Origin: a virus
Taxonomy: Duplodnaviria; Caudoviricetes
Length of the DNA: 24,068 nt
Reading direction: 5' to 3' (one strand)
IMG/VR virus record: IMGVR_UViG_3300011338_000890
Span: 1-24,068 of that record
The notes under the pieces are model-generated. The model was not told where the DNA came from, did no database searches, and was given only the letters and a program-made list of their open reading frames with translations. Positions 8,802 to 16,323 of the stretch are shown here, piece by piece; within the stretch, counting starts at the first letter, position 1, and every line of letters begins with the position of its first letter. The position numbers and the translations under genes were made by a program.

Positions 8802-10256
8802 ATGACTGTCAAGCTAAATTTTAAGACCACGCCATACGCCCACCAAGTGACCGCGCTCGAGCGATCCATGGACCAAGCATCGTATGGCTTCTTCATGGAC
8901 ATGGGAACAGGGAAGTCAAAAGTCCTGATCGACACCATCTCGAACCTGCACCTTGAGGGCAAGATCGACTTCGCCTTGATCATCGCGCCGAAGGGGGTGT
9001 ACCGCAACTGGGTGGCCAAGGAAATCCCAGAGCACATGCCAGACGAGCTCGAGAAGCGGGTGATCCGCTGGGTGTCGTCGGCCAATATGCAGCAAGAGGC
9101 GGAGATCAAGTCAGTCGCCAATGCTTTCGGTGGCCTGACCATCTTCGTCATGAACGTCGAAGCCTTTTCCGCTCTCAAGGGCAAGCAGGCGGGCGAGTGG
9201 CTGGGCAAGAAGTTCGGGCACCGCGGACTGATCGGCATCGATGAGTCGACCACCATCAAGAACCACAAGGCCAAGAGGACCAAGGCCCTCATCAAGATCG
9301 CCTCGCTCTTTCGGTACCGCCGCTTGCTGACAGGCTCGCCCGTGACCAAGTCGCCGATGGATATCTATTCGCAATGCGAGTTCCTCGGACCTCGGCTCTT
9401 GGGCTGCGATAGTTACTACGCGTTCCAAGGTCGTTACGCCGTGACGCAGAAGCGCAAGATGGGGGCGCACAGCTTCGAGCAGATCGTGGGGTACAAGAAC
9501 CTAGACGACCTGTCCCAGCGCATCGACCAGTTTGCCTATCGGGTTCTGAAGAAAGAGTGCCTCGACCTGCCCGAGAAAACATACACCGCCCGTTATGTGA
9601 CGATGACAGACGAGCAGGCCAAGATGTACGAGGAGATCAGGAAGGAGGCGTTTACGTTGGTCAACGGAACGGACCTTGTCTCGACGCCCGTTGTCATCAC
9701 CCAACTCCTGCGCCTGCAGCAGGTGCTATCAGGGCATCTCAAGACAGACGACGGCGAGATGATGTCATTCAAGTCGAACCGCATGGAAGCTCTTCTCGAG
9801 ATCATGGAAGAGCATGACGGCAAGGCCATCATCTGGTCCCGCTTCCGGCACGACATCATCGGCATCACCGAGGCGCTTCGTGGGCAGTACGGCGAGGACG
9901 CGGCGGCCGCCTACTTTGGCGACACTTCCGATGATGAACGCAATCGCATCGTCCGCGACTTCCAGATATCGGGGCACCCGTTGCGCTTCTTTGTGGGCAA
10001 CCCCTCGACGGCGGGCTATGGTCTGACGCTTACCGAAGCAAACCTCGTGGTCTACTATGCCAACAGCTTTGACCTCGAACATCGGCTGCAGTCAGAAGAT
10101 AGGGCGCACAGAATTGGGCAGCGCAATCCTGTGACCTACGTCGATATGATCACGGAGAAGACGGTGGACGAGAAGATCGTGGCTGCGTTGCGGAACAAGA
10201 TCGACATCGGGGCCAAGGTCCTGCGGGAGGAGGCGAGGAAGTGGCTGCAACTCTGA
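8802..10256 (+). CDS. SNF2-family (SF2) helicase
   Basis: PYAHQ, DMGTGKS, IDESTTIKN, LLTGSP, GYGLTLT, QSEDRAHRIGQ motifs. Confidence 0.93.
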   Translation: MTVKLNFKTTPYAHQVTALERSMDQASYGFFMDMGTGKSKVLIDTISNLHLEGKIDFALIIAPKGVYRNWVAKEIPEHMPDELEKRVIRWVSSANMQQEAEIKSVANAFGGLTIFVMNVEAFSALKGKQAGEWLGKKFGHRGLIGIDESTTIKNHKAKRTKALIKIASLFRYRRLLTGSPVTKSPMDIYSQCEFLGPRLLGCDSYYAFQGRYAVTQKRKMGAHSFEQIVGYKNLDDLSQRIDQFAYRVLKKECLDLPEKTYTARYVTMTDEQAKMYEEIRKEAFTLVNGTDLVSTPVVITQLLRLQQVLSGHLKTDDGEMMSFKSNRMEALLEIMEEHDGKAIIWSRFRHDIIGITEALRGQYGEDAAAAYFGDTSDDERNRIVRDFQISGHPLRFFVGNPSTAGYGLTLTEANLVVYYANSFDLEHRLQSEDRAHRIGQRNPVTYVDMITEKTVDEKIVAALRNKIDIGAKVLREEARKWLQL

Positions 10257-10588
10257 CACGGATGCAAGAGCTGGACATCATCACTGGCGATGACCTCATG
10301 GCGCAGTGGCAGTTCATGAGGGCGATCCTCGAGTTCAAGTTTGGAGATCGGACAAGGGAGGATGCCCTCGCTCACATGAGCTATTTCAGCGGGCTCGAGG
10401 TGTTCTTTTGCGAGATCATGCTCAAGGAGATGTGTCGGGAGCGCTTGGCGACCCTTATGGTTTCATTCCCGAAGCTTGAGCCTTGTCCTCCGCCGTATTA
10501 TCCAATTCCAGTTGAATCTCGCGGTACTTTTCGCGGATCATCACGGCGAGCTGTCGGGCCATCGACCGATCCTCGTGCTCCGCAATGA
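10241..10588 (+). CDS. Hypothetical protein
   Basis: GTG start after GAGGAG-rich sequence, coupled to the SNF2 stop. The 3' end overlaps the convergent RHH gene. Confidence 0.5.
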   Translation: MAATLTRMQELDIITGDDLMAQWQFMRAILEFKFGDRTREDALAHMSYFSGLEVFFCEIMLKEMCRERLATLMVSFPKLEPCPPPYYPIPVESRGTFRGSSRRAVGPSTDPRAPQ

Positions 10589-10655
10589 GCGACAAAAGAT
10601 GGTGGTCGTCCGCAGGGACGGCCACGTTCTTGAAGACCTGATCTTTGTGGGCCAT
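10455..10655 (-). CDS. Ribbon-helix-helix (Arc/CopG-like) DNA-binding protein
   Basis: FKNVAVP (strand) - DDHHLLSLIAEHE (helix) - RSMARQLAVMIRE (helix). Has a GGAG RBS and its own promoter. Confidence 0.7.
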   Translation of the reverse strand: MAHKDQVFKNVAVPADDHHLLSLIAEHEDRSMARQLAVMIREKYREIQLELDNTAEDKAQASGMKP

Positions 10656-10686
10656 TGTGTGTAAACTCCAACAGGCTTATGTCGGA

Positions 10687-10717
10687 GTTATACACTTCCT
10701 GTTTACCGGGAACAAGG
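10687..10717 (-). promoter_or_regulatory. Sigma70-like promoter for RHH gene overlapped by operator copy 2
   Basis: Minus strand TTGTTC-17 nt-TATAAC; CCTGT-N9-ACAAGG at 10698-10717 covers the -35. Confidence 0.6.
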
Positions 10718-10729
10718 GGCTTTGGGTTC

Positions 10730-10807
10730 GAGGGGCACGGTTTAAGATGAGCCGTAGCGCAGTCTAATCTTCGACCAATTTGAAACCGCGGTTTCTGTGC
10801 GCCCCTC
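10730..10807. ncRNA. Candidate structured RNA (three-way junction)
   Basis: Outer stem GAGGGGC/GCCCCTC encloses hairpin AAGAT...ATCTT (10744-10771) and the perfect palindrome GAAACCGCGGTTTC (10782-10795). Confidence 0.35.
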
Positions 10808-10837
10808 ACGGGATAAGTTACCGCTAGAAGCCATTGC

Positions 10838-11137
10838 CTACAAGCGCTTTTGTTCCGTCTTCTTGGCCAGCGCGCGTTCGATTGCGTCCTTGCTGGCGGA
10901 GAAGACGGGCGGCTTTGGTGGCTGGTCGCTTACCTCTTCGGCTCCCGCCACGGGTGGCCGTGGCTTCGGCAGTGGCGGGGCAAATGACAGGCCCAAGGGC
11001 AGCGCGATGTTGAAGCGATCTGCGGCGGCTTCGATAGACTTGTGGTGGAAGCCGTAGTGACGGGCCGTCAGCGTAGCGTTCCACCCCTTGTTCAGCGCGG
11101 CCTCGATCATGTCTCTGGTGATGGTTCTTCTGGTCAT
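10838..11137 (-). CDS. Hypothetical protein with Fis-like HTH N-terminus
   Basis: IEAALNKGWNATLTARHYGFHHKSI resembles an HTH; Pro-rich linker; TGATG coupling to the upstream gene. Confidence 0.6.
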   Translation of the reverse strand: MTRRTITRDMIEAALNKGWNATLTARHYGFHHKSIEAAADRFNIALPLGLSFAPPLPKPRPPVAGAEEVSDQPPKPPVFSASKDAIERALAKKTEQKRL

Positions 11138-11406
11138 CAGTGTATCTTCTTCTTAAAGGGTTCTTGATGGAGGTGCTCGGCGGTGCCCCTCAGAAATGCG
11201 GCCGTCATCTGGTCATCAATCCCGCAGGTCCTATTGTAGGTGACCACTGCGGTCAGAAGCAACGATGCGCCGCCCTTCGCGTCTTCGACGTAGGTATCTG
11301 TGAGCAGCATGATGAACGCAGCAAGTTGCTGGGAGGACATGGCCTTAGGCAGCTGCCTCATGATGTCCTCTATGAGTTCCCCGGTCGTTTTCTCGGGCTT
11401 GTTCAA
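11137..11406 (-). CDS. Hypothetical protein (paralog of 13989-14270)
   Basis: TTG start after GAAAGGA; 20/78 ungapped identities to the 13989-14270 product. Confidence 0.7.
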   Translation of the reverse strand: MNKPEKTTGELIEDIMRQLPKAMSSQQLAAFIMLLTDTYVEDAKGGASLLLTAVVTYNRTCGIDDQMTAAFLRGTAEHLHQEPFKKKIH

Positions 11407-11603
11407 CTCTCATTCCTTTCCCAAGGGTTGTCGTCAGCATCGTGGGCCTGACGTTTTATGCGGCTCACCTCATCAAGGTTCTGCCGTGCCATATAAAGAA
11501 CCAGCTCGATCTGCTCCCGCGTAACCCAAAGGCCGGGCAGTTTGACAAAGCCTGCGGCGCGCAGGGCCCGAGCACCGGGGCTGTTTCCGGCGGTTCGTGT
11601 CAT
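11403..11603 (-). CDS. Hypothetical protein
   Basis: MTRTAGNSPGARALRAAGFVKLPGLWV...; ATGA overlap with the upstream gene and GGAGG RBS. Confidence 0.65.
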   Translation of the reverse strand: MTRTAGNSPGARALRAAGFVKLPGLWVTREQIELVLYMARQNLDEVSRIKRQAHDADDNPWERNES

Positions 11604-11809
11604 CCCGGCCTCCGCTTCGGTCTGATCGACGATATCGCAACCGACGTTTCTTTGCACTGGATGGCATTGATGTTTGCCGAATGCGACAGCGCCGTCTCAA
11701 TGGCCAAGATAGCTTCCCCGCAGGCCTGCGGATCGGAATACGGCACGACGGTGGACAGGCCCTCAAAGGGGGCAGAGAAGGATATGATGAGGACGTACCA
11801 GAAGGTCAT
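11600..11809 (-). CDS. Small hypothetical protein with hydrophobic N-terminus and two Cys
   Basis: MTFWYVLIISFSAP...; ATGA coupling at 11806-11809. Confidence 0.65.
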   Translation of the reverse strand: MTFWYVLIISFSAPFEGLSTVVPYSDPQACGEAILAIETALSHSANINAIQCKETSVAISSIRPKRRPG

Positions 11810-12033
11810 GGCTTTCTTTCCCTGCCTGTTGCAATGCCGTAAATAACCCACTCGTCGTATCCAGTCGGGATGCTACCGATGGCCTTAAAATAACTGTTCC
11901 ACTCAGATACCATCTTTTGGTACCAGACGGCTCTAAGGTGGCGGATGATCGGCAGACGAGCGTACCAAGGGGCGGTCGGCATGATCCAGCCGTAGGCAGC
12001 AGCATCCTCCAGCCAGCGTTGAAGGTCGGTCAT
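11806..12033 (-). CDS. Hypothetical protein (Trp-rich)
   Basis: ATGA coupling, GGAGG RBS, 75 aa. Confidence 0.65.
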   Translation of the reverse strand: MTDLQRWLEDAAAYGWIMPTAPWYARLPIIRHLRAVWYQKMVSEWNSYFKAIGSIPTGYDEWVIYGIATGRERKP

Positions 12034-12431
12034 GGCTTGGCCTCCAGTTCTTTGAGCAAGGTGCGGGCATCATCCAAAGCGTTATGCCAGCCAGTGTGGT
12101 CATCCGCATATGCCGTGGCCAAGATGCAGGTGATTACATCAACCGCCTTCTCAAGTTTGGCTTCCAGCGATAGTGTGATGTCAATCTGCGCCATCGTGGC
12201 GTTGTGGTTGTCGCGCGCCACCTTTTCCAGCGTCCCTACGGACTGCGCGTTGGCATATCCCAGAGCATCCTCGCCACCGCATATGGCTAGAGCCAACCGC
12301 TCCCGCTCATTCACCAGCGTCTCAATGCGGGCCTGATGGTCATCAAGTGACACCCAAGCGCCATAGTCGTCTTTCTCCATTTCTGCACCGCCGCCATCGG
12401 CGGCAGGTACGTATCTCTGAATATCCGTCAT
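12030..12431 (-). CDS. Hypothetical coiled-coil phage accessory protein
   Basis: MTDIQRY...DDYGAWVSLDDHQARIETL; start reassigned to the ATGA overlap at 12428-12431. Confidence 0.65.
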   Translation of the reverse strand: MTDIQRYVPAADGGGAEMEKDDYGAWVSLDDHQARIETLVNERERLALAICGGEDALGYANAQSVGTLEKVARDNHNATMAQIDITLSLEAKLEKAVDVITCILATAYADDHTGWHNALDDARTLLKELEAKP

Positions 12432-12676
12432 GGCTTGTCCCCCAGTTCTGCAAGCGCGGTGCGTGTGTTCCACGCAGCGCTGGCTTCGGCTTCTGCGTTT
12501 TCTCCATAGAAGGTTTCACTTCCCGGACAAATTTTTATTGGCTCTACATACAGGCTGCTGCACACATAGCGGACACCCGACGGCCCATAACCTTTCCCTG
12601 CTTCCCAAAATCCCATTGGGGTTATTCTATGCGCAGGTCTTCCGCAGAACGGGCAGGTCTTTAGCGGTTCAGTCAT
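12428..12676 (-). CDS. Lar-family (restriction alleviation-like) zinc-binding protein
   Basis: LKTCPFCG at the N-terminus, a second Cys pair, and AEASAAWNTR near the C-terminus. Confidence 0.7.
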   Translation of the reverse strand: MTEPLKTCPFCGRPAHRITPMGFWEAGKGYGPSGVRYVCSSLYVEPIKICPGSETFYGENAEAEASAAWNTRTALAELGDKP

Positions 12677-13362
12677 GGCTTGGCCTCCAAATAGGTCATC
12701 CGTTCCAACACACCGATAGGATCGACCGCTTCCCAGAAGGCATCAACCGCTTCCCAGAAGGCATCAGCAGCAGAACGAGCAGCATCAGCAGCATAACGAG
12801 CAGCATCAGCAGCATCAGCAGCATAACGAGCAGCATAAGCAGCATTAGCAGCAGCATTAGCAGCAGCATCAGCAGCACGAGCAGCATCAGCATCAGCAGC
12901 AGCACGAGCAGCATAACGAGCAGCATAAGCAGCAGCAGAAGCAGCAGCAGAAGCATCAGCAACCTTGACTTCACACATGTGCCTCCATTCAACGCCGAAA
13001 CCACCCTTGTCCGCGATAGGTTGAAGTTGTGGCAGAACAACTGTCCACATCCAATCCATCAGAATAGCCAGCCGTTCAGCCTCACGCTCCCTGCCTGTCC
13101 CCGGCATATTAGGAATAAGGCTCTTGTACCTTGCGCTGTTACGCATACCATCCGGCATAGCATCTTGTAGTGTCATTGCAGCCTCCCCAAGAACGGGTGA
13201 CATGCAGTCAATCACATCGTCGTTTAGCTTACCATCGTATGCCAACCGGATTGCTGCAAGGGTACAGGCGCTTTCTTCATTGCCCAGACCTGATGGCAAA
13301 TCATGTGTCGCCAGATAGGAGACCAGCTTGGCCCGCATGACGTCGGTGAAGTCTTGTGTCAT
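12673..13362 (-). CDS. Hypothetical protein with Ala-rich repeat tract
   Basis: Globular N-terminus (CTLAAIRLA...DCMSPVL...LQDAMPD), then AAYAARYAA-type repeats and a duplicated DAFWEAV. Confidence 0.75.
   Translation of the reverse strand: MTQDFTDVMRAKLVSYLATHDLPSGLGNEESACTLAAIRLAYDGKLNDDVIDCMSPVLGEAAMTLQDAMPDGMRNSARYKSLIPNMPGTGREREAERLAILMDWMWTVVLPQLQPIADKGGFGVEWRHMCEVKVADASAAASAAAYAARYAARAAADADAARAADAAANAAANAAYAARYAADAADAARYAADAARSAADAFWEAVDAFWEAVDPIGVLERMTYLEAKP
12725..12961. repeat. Coding tandem repeats: 21 bp perfect duplication plus GCA-rich microsatellite
   Basis: ACCGCTTCCCAGAAGGCATCA at 12725-12745 and 12746-12766, followed by ~200 bp of GCA/GCATCA/GCATAACGA units. Confidence 0.9.
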
Positions 13363-13976
13363 AATACTTCCCCCTCTTGGTCCACCATGTCCAACCCCAT
13401 GAGCGCCCGCCCGAGAACATGGGTGCTCTTCGCGTAGTAGGTGAACGAGGCATGCTTCTTGCCCGGCGCATAGACCTTGGCGCAGGCGATGACTGCGGAG
13501 TCGTGCAGGGTATGCAGCGCTGCGCCTATGGCATCGTACCTCGTGCGTTGGACCTCGGTCGCCGTCATCGACTCGAACCGCTCGTTGGTCATTTCAAAAT
13601 AGACTTCGCCCCGGTTCCACACCTCGCCGCCCAAGACTATCTCCCGGACATGCTGCTCAAGCGTTTTCTGGGGACCGGGGGTTGAGGTGGCAGGCTTTGC
13701 GGCCTCGCGCTGTGCCTCGCGGTAGACCGCGACGGCCCGCCACGGAACCCGGTGGATATGTTCCGGGAAGTTGGACACGTAAGACACCTCCACCATTTCC
13801 CCGATCCGCAAGTTGTTGTTCCGCGCCAGCGACGGGGAGAAGGCCACGCCCTGCGCAGCGTCGATCCCGGTGCGGCCCTTCAAAAATCCAAACACCACGC
13901 CAGATACGGTGGCCGATATGACTTGGGCCTCGGCCGTTCGGACCTCGGATGGGTCGTAATTCAATTCTACAGTCAT
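13359..13976 (-). CDS. Hypothetical protein (possible OB-like N-domain plus winged-helix C-domain)
   Basis: 205 aa ORF, same strand as and coupled to its neighbours; the domain guess is from secondary-structure pattern only. Confidence 0.65.
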   Translation of the reverse strand: MTVELNYDPSEVRTAEAQVISATVSGVVFGFLKGRTGIDAAQGVAFSPSLARNNNLRIGEMVEVSYVSNFPEHIHRVPWRAVAVYREAQREAAKPATSTPGPQKTLEQHVREIVLGGEVWNRGEVYFEMTNERFESMTATEVQRTRYDAIGAALHTLHDSAVIACAKVYAPGKKHASFTYYAKSTHVLGRALMGLDMVDQEGEVL

Positions 13977-13988
13977 GGTCTTTCCCTT

Positions 13989-14270
13989 TCAGTGTATGTT
14001 TTTGATTTCAGTTCCGTCATCGATGCTGTCCGCCGTGGCCCGCAGCCCATCGGAGATGGACTTGACGCTCATGCCTGCGGCCATGCCGTAGGTGTAGATC
14101 GTATGGATCAAGGCCGGGATGATCTCGGCAGGTTCCTTGAGAAAGGTGCTGTGGATGGTCAGCGTCATTGCGCAAAGCTCCGCCTCGGTCATGTCGTCTG
14201 GCAGCGCCTCGAAGATGTCCTCGAGCTTCTTGTCGGTCATGTTGGGGCTTAGTTCTTGTTCCTTGGTCAA
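13989..14270 (-). CDS. Hypothetical protein (paralog of 11137-11406)
   Basis: TTG 14270 has AAGGAG 8 nt upstream and a TTGA overlap with the upstream small ORF. Confidence 0.7.
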   Translation of the reverse strand: MTKEQELSPNMTDKKLEDIFEALPDDMTEAELCAMTLTIHSTFLKEPAEIIPALIHTIYTYGMAAGMSVKSISDGLRATADSIDDGTEIKNIH

Positions 14271-14440
14271 AATGGGCACTCCTTGCCTTGCTTGTGCCAG
14301 TCGTTCGTCTCCGTCTCTGAGATGTCATCGGACTGTGGGGTTGTCTTCGTGGTTCCGGTGGTCTTGGGCCGTAGGCCCATCTGTTCCATGAACAGGCCGA
14401 AGTCGCCGTAGACTTCGGGTGTCAGGGTGCGGTCAGTCAT
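14267..14440 (-). CDS. 57 aa hypothetical protein (not in ORF track)
   Basis: Hand translation MTDRTLTPEVYGDFGLFMEQMGLRPKTTGTTKTTPQSDDISETETNDWHKQGKECPF*. GGAGG RBS; overlaps both neighbours and fills the operon gap exactly. Confidence 0.65.
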   Translation of the reverse strand: MTDRTLTPEVYGDFGLFMEQMGLRPKTTGTTKTTPQSDDISETETNDWHKQGKECPF

Positions 14441-14684
14441 GCTCGTCCTCCGGGTGCTTGGGCCAAGGCTGCCACGCCATGGGCGGGGTGTCCTTGGTGA
14501 ACATATTCCAGCGGTCCTCTTTGGGCAGCCAGCGGCTCGGGGTCACGACGCGGTCGTTTCCGGCAGCAAAGATCGGGGCAGGGAAGAAGACCTCGGTCTC
14601 GACCATGTTCTTCCCGACCTGCCGTGTCACAAGCCTCGTTTCCCCTCGAGGGGCTTCGTCCATATTGAAGTTCCAACGTGTCAT
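14433..14684 (-). CDS. Hypothetical protein, DUF551-like
   Basis: N-terminal W..MDEAPRG and C-terminal PMAWQPWPKHP pattern; AGGAG RBS. Confidence 0.65.
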   Translation of the reverse strand: MTRWNFNMDEAPRGETRLVTRQVGKNMVETEVFFPAPIFAAGNDRVVTPSRWLPKEDRWNMFTKDTPPMAWQPWPKHPEDEHD

Positions 14685-14735
14685 TCTCTCTCCTCGTCCC
14701 TTGGTGTATCGCAAGCCCCTACGCTTGCTTCCTAC

Positions 14736-14990
14736 TTAGGCAAGCTTGTTGCCCTGCTCCCAGTCGTCTTCCCTGTCCTTGCGCTCATGCATGAGCCAGT
14801 CGCCCCGGTCGTCCTCGTCCTCCGGGTAGCAGTCAATCACGCCCTCTCCGCCGCAGTTCTCGCAGTCATCCTCGTATTCTTCGAGGTACCCGTCAGGGTT
14901 TGAAGCAGATGCGCGGACCGACCGCTCGTAAACTGCGGTGCCCGAACCTTGGCACTCGGGGCAGGCCTTGGTGTACCGATGCTTGATCAT
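14736..14990 (-). CDS. DnaJ-type CxxCxGxG zinc-finger small protein
   Basis: CPECQGSG and CENCGGEG; acidic tail. Confidence 0.75.
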   Translation of the reverse strand: MIKHRYTKACPECQGSGTAVYERSVRASASNPDGYLEEYEDDCENCGGEGVIDCYPEDEDDRGDWLMHERKDREDDWEQGNKLA

Positions 14991-15229
14991 GCGCCGAACT
15001 CCTCCACGTCAAAACTCTTCTTGGTTTCCGCACGGCTCTTCAGGAAAGTGGACAGATCGTCGCCGTAGGTGTCGGACAAGATTGCCATGCATACTGTCTC
15101 GGCCACTCCGGGTTCCAGCGCCACAACCCTGTTTAAGTGATGACCTACCGCCAGCCAATGCTGATAGCCGTCATGCGACAGGTAGACACCGTCGCCCATG
15201 TAGCCGATTTCTCTGTGTTCTTGCATCAC
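14987..15229 (-). CDS. Hypothetical protein
   Basis: YMGDGVYLSHDGYQHWL...VALEPGV pattern; GTGA/ATGA coupling at both ends. Confidence 0.7.
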   Translation of the reverse strand: MMQEHREIGYMGDGVYLSHDGYQHWLAVGHHLNRVVALEPGVAETVCMAILSDTYGDDLSTFLKSRAETKKSFDVEEFGA

Positions 15230-15825
15230 AGCGCCCCTCCTTCGACCTTGGGCCAGCCCATCTCGCGCAGGTTTGACACGACATAGGGAACCAGCGCAGT
15301 CGAGGCCTGCGCCGCCTTCTGGGCATCATCCTTGGGCGGCTCGGCAGGTAGGTACTTGTGAAGCTCCGCCTCAAGCAGCGTCTTGGCCTGCTTCAACGTG
15401 CGGATGCCATCCAGCATGGTGGTGAGCTTGCCCTGCATCGAGCGGCGGGCCTTATCCTGTGCCTCCGCAAGCCTTGCCGCATCTTCCACCGCAACGCGGA
15501 CCTCGGCCAAAAGCCGCTTGGTCAGGGCCGTGTCGCCGTCGTTGTAATGCGGGCGGGTCAGGTAAAGATTGTCGTAGACGGAGGCCGCCGACGTCCAGTG
15601 AATATCGCCGATATTGCTTACGTATATCCCGGAGGTCACACAGTTTCTGCGCATCAGAAACTTGCGGGTGTCCTCGTTGTCGTAGATAGCCTTCACCTCG
15701 GCAGGCATCAGTTCGTAGGCCTTGTCCTGAACGATGTCGTGGATGATCTTGCCATAGTCCGTCTGGGGAATGTCGTTCATGATCTTCCCGACGATGTCTT
15801 TCTTGTGGGTCTTGTTCAGTTGCAT
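15226..15825 (-). CDS. Nmad5-like (nucleotide-modification-associated domain 5) protein
   Basis: MQLNKTHKKDIVGKIMNDIP...IRTLKQAKTLLEAELHKYLP...NLREMGWPK matches the recalled family pattern. ATG 15825 has a GGAG RBS. Confidence 0.6.
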   Translation of the reverse strand: MQLNKTHKKDIVGKIMNDIPQTDYGKIIHDIVQDKAYELMPAEVKAIYDNEDTRKFLMRRNCVTSGIYVSNIGDIHWTSAASVYDNLYLTRPHYNDGDTALTKRLLAEVRVAVEDAARLAEAQDKARRSMQGKLTTMLDGIRTLKQAKTLLEAELHKYLPAEPPKDDAQKAAQASTALVPYVVSNLREMGWPKVEGGAL

Positions 15826-15855
15826 CTTGGTCTCCGTCGTTTGATTTGATGGTTT

Positions 15856-15888
15856 TACTTGTGTACTACAAACAAGTAGGGTCGTCAA
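15856..15888 (-). promoter_or_regulatory. Promoter of accessory operon with operator copy 3 (TACTTGT-N9-ACAAGTA)
   Basis: Minus-strand TTGACG at 15888-15883; perfect 7 bp-arm palindrome at 15856-15878. Confidence 0.65.
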
Positions 15889-16020
15889 TAATGGTGTGAG
15901 GATATTTGTTGCCGGGCGAGAGGGCCTCGGACCTTGGTGCTTTGGAGGGGGGCTGTGGGTGCGCGGAGGGGGGTTTTTGGTTCGCGGACCTTGGTGCTTT
16001 ACGAGTTTCCCTTATAGCTC

Positions 16021-16170
16021 TGAAACTAAAATCGAATAAAAAAAAAAAAAAAAAATCCTAACAGGGTGTAAATAGCGTAAAACCCGTAAAAAGTACCTAT
16101 AAGAGTATGAAATGTATAGGGAAAAAGTTTTACAGTAGGGTAAGGTGTTTTACAGAATAGTGTATAATCT
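16021..16170. other. Putative replication origin (AT-rich, iteron-like)
   Basis: A18 run at 16038-16055; GTAAA three times at 9 bp period (16068, 16077, 16086); inverted GTTTTACAG twice (16127, 16147); central CCTATA/TATAGG inverted repeat. Confidence 0.45.
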
Positions 16171-16289
16171 TTCCAGTCTGCCCTGTCCCCTTTTGTTTTT
16201 TGCTTTTGTGAGGACCTCGGTTTGGGAAAATCTGCTATAAGGGGAACTCAGTTGAGGCCCTCCTTGTAAAGCTCGGCAGTGCCCGGTAT

Positions 16290-16310
16290 GATTGTTGAAA
16301 CACCACAAGT
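16290..16310. promoter_or_regulatory. Operator copy 4 (GATTGT-N9-ACAAGT) upstream of terS
   Basis: Ends 13 bp before the terS ATG. Confidence 0.6.
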
Positions 16311-16323
16311 AGGCAGGTGCAGC

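Noticed and set aside
10730-10807. tRNA or SAM-II/SAM-V riboswitch
   Set aside because: No T-loop/anticodon cloverleaf, and the conserved SAM-II/V cores are not matched.
12430-13170. Ser-rich (246 aa) and Leu/Met-rich (114 aa) ORFs
   Set aside because: Alternative frames of the GCA/GCT microsatellite in the real Ala-rich gene.
16038-16055. A18 as a phase-variation tract or retro-element tail
   Set aside because: Non-coding, with no RT gene or target-site duplication in the window; the exact length may be a sequencing artefact.
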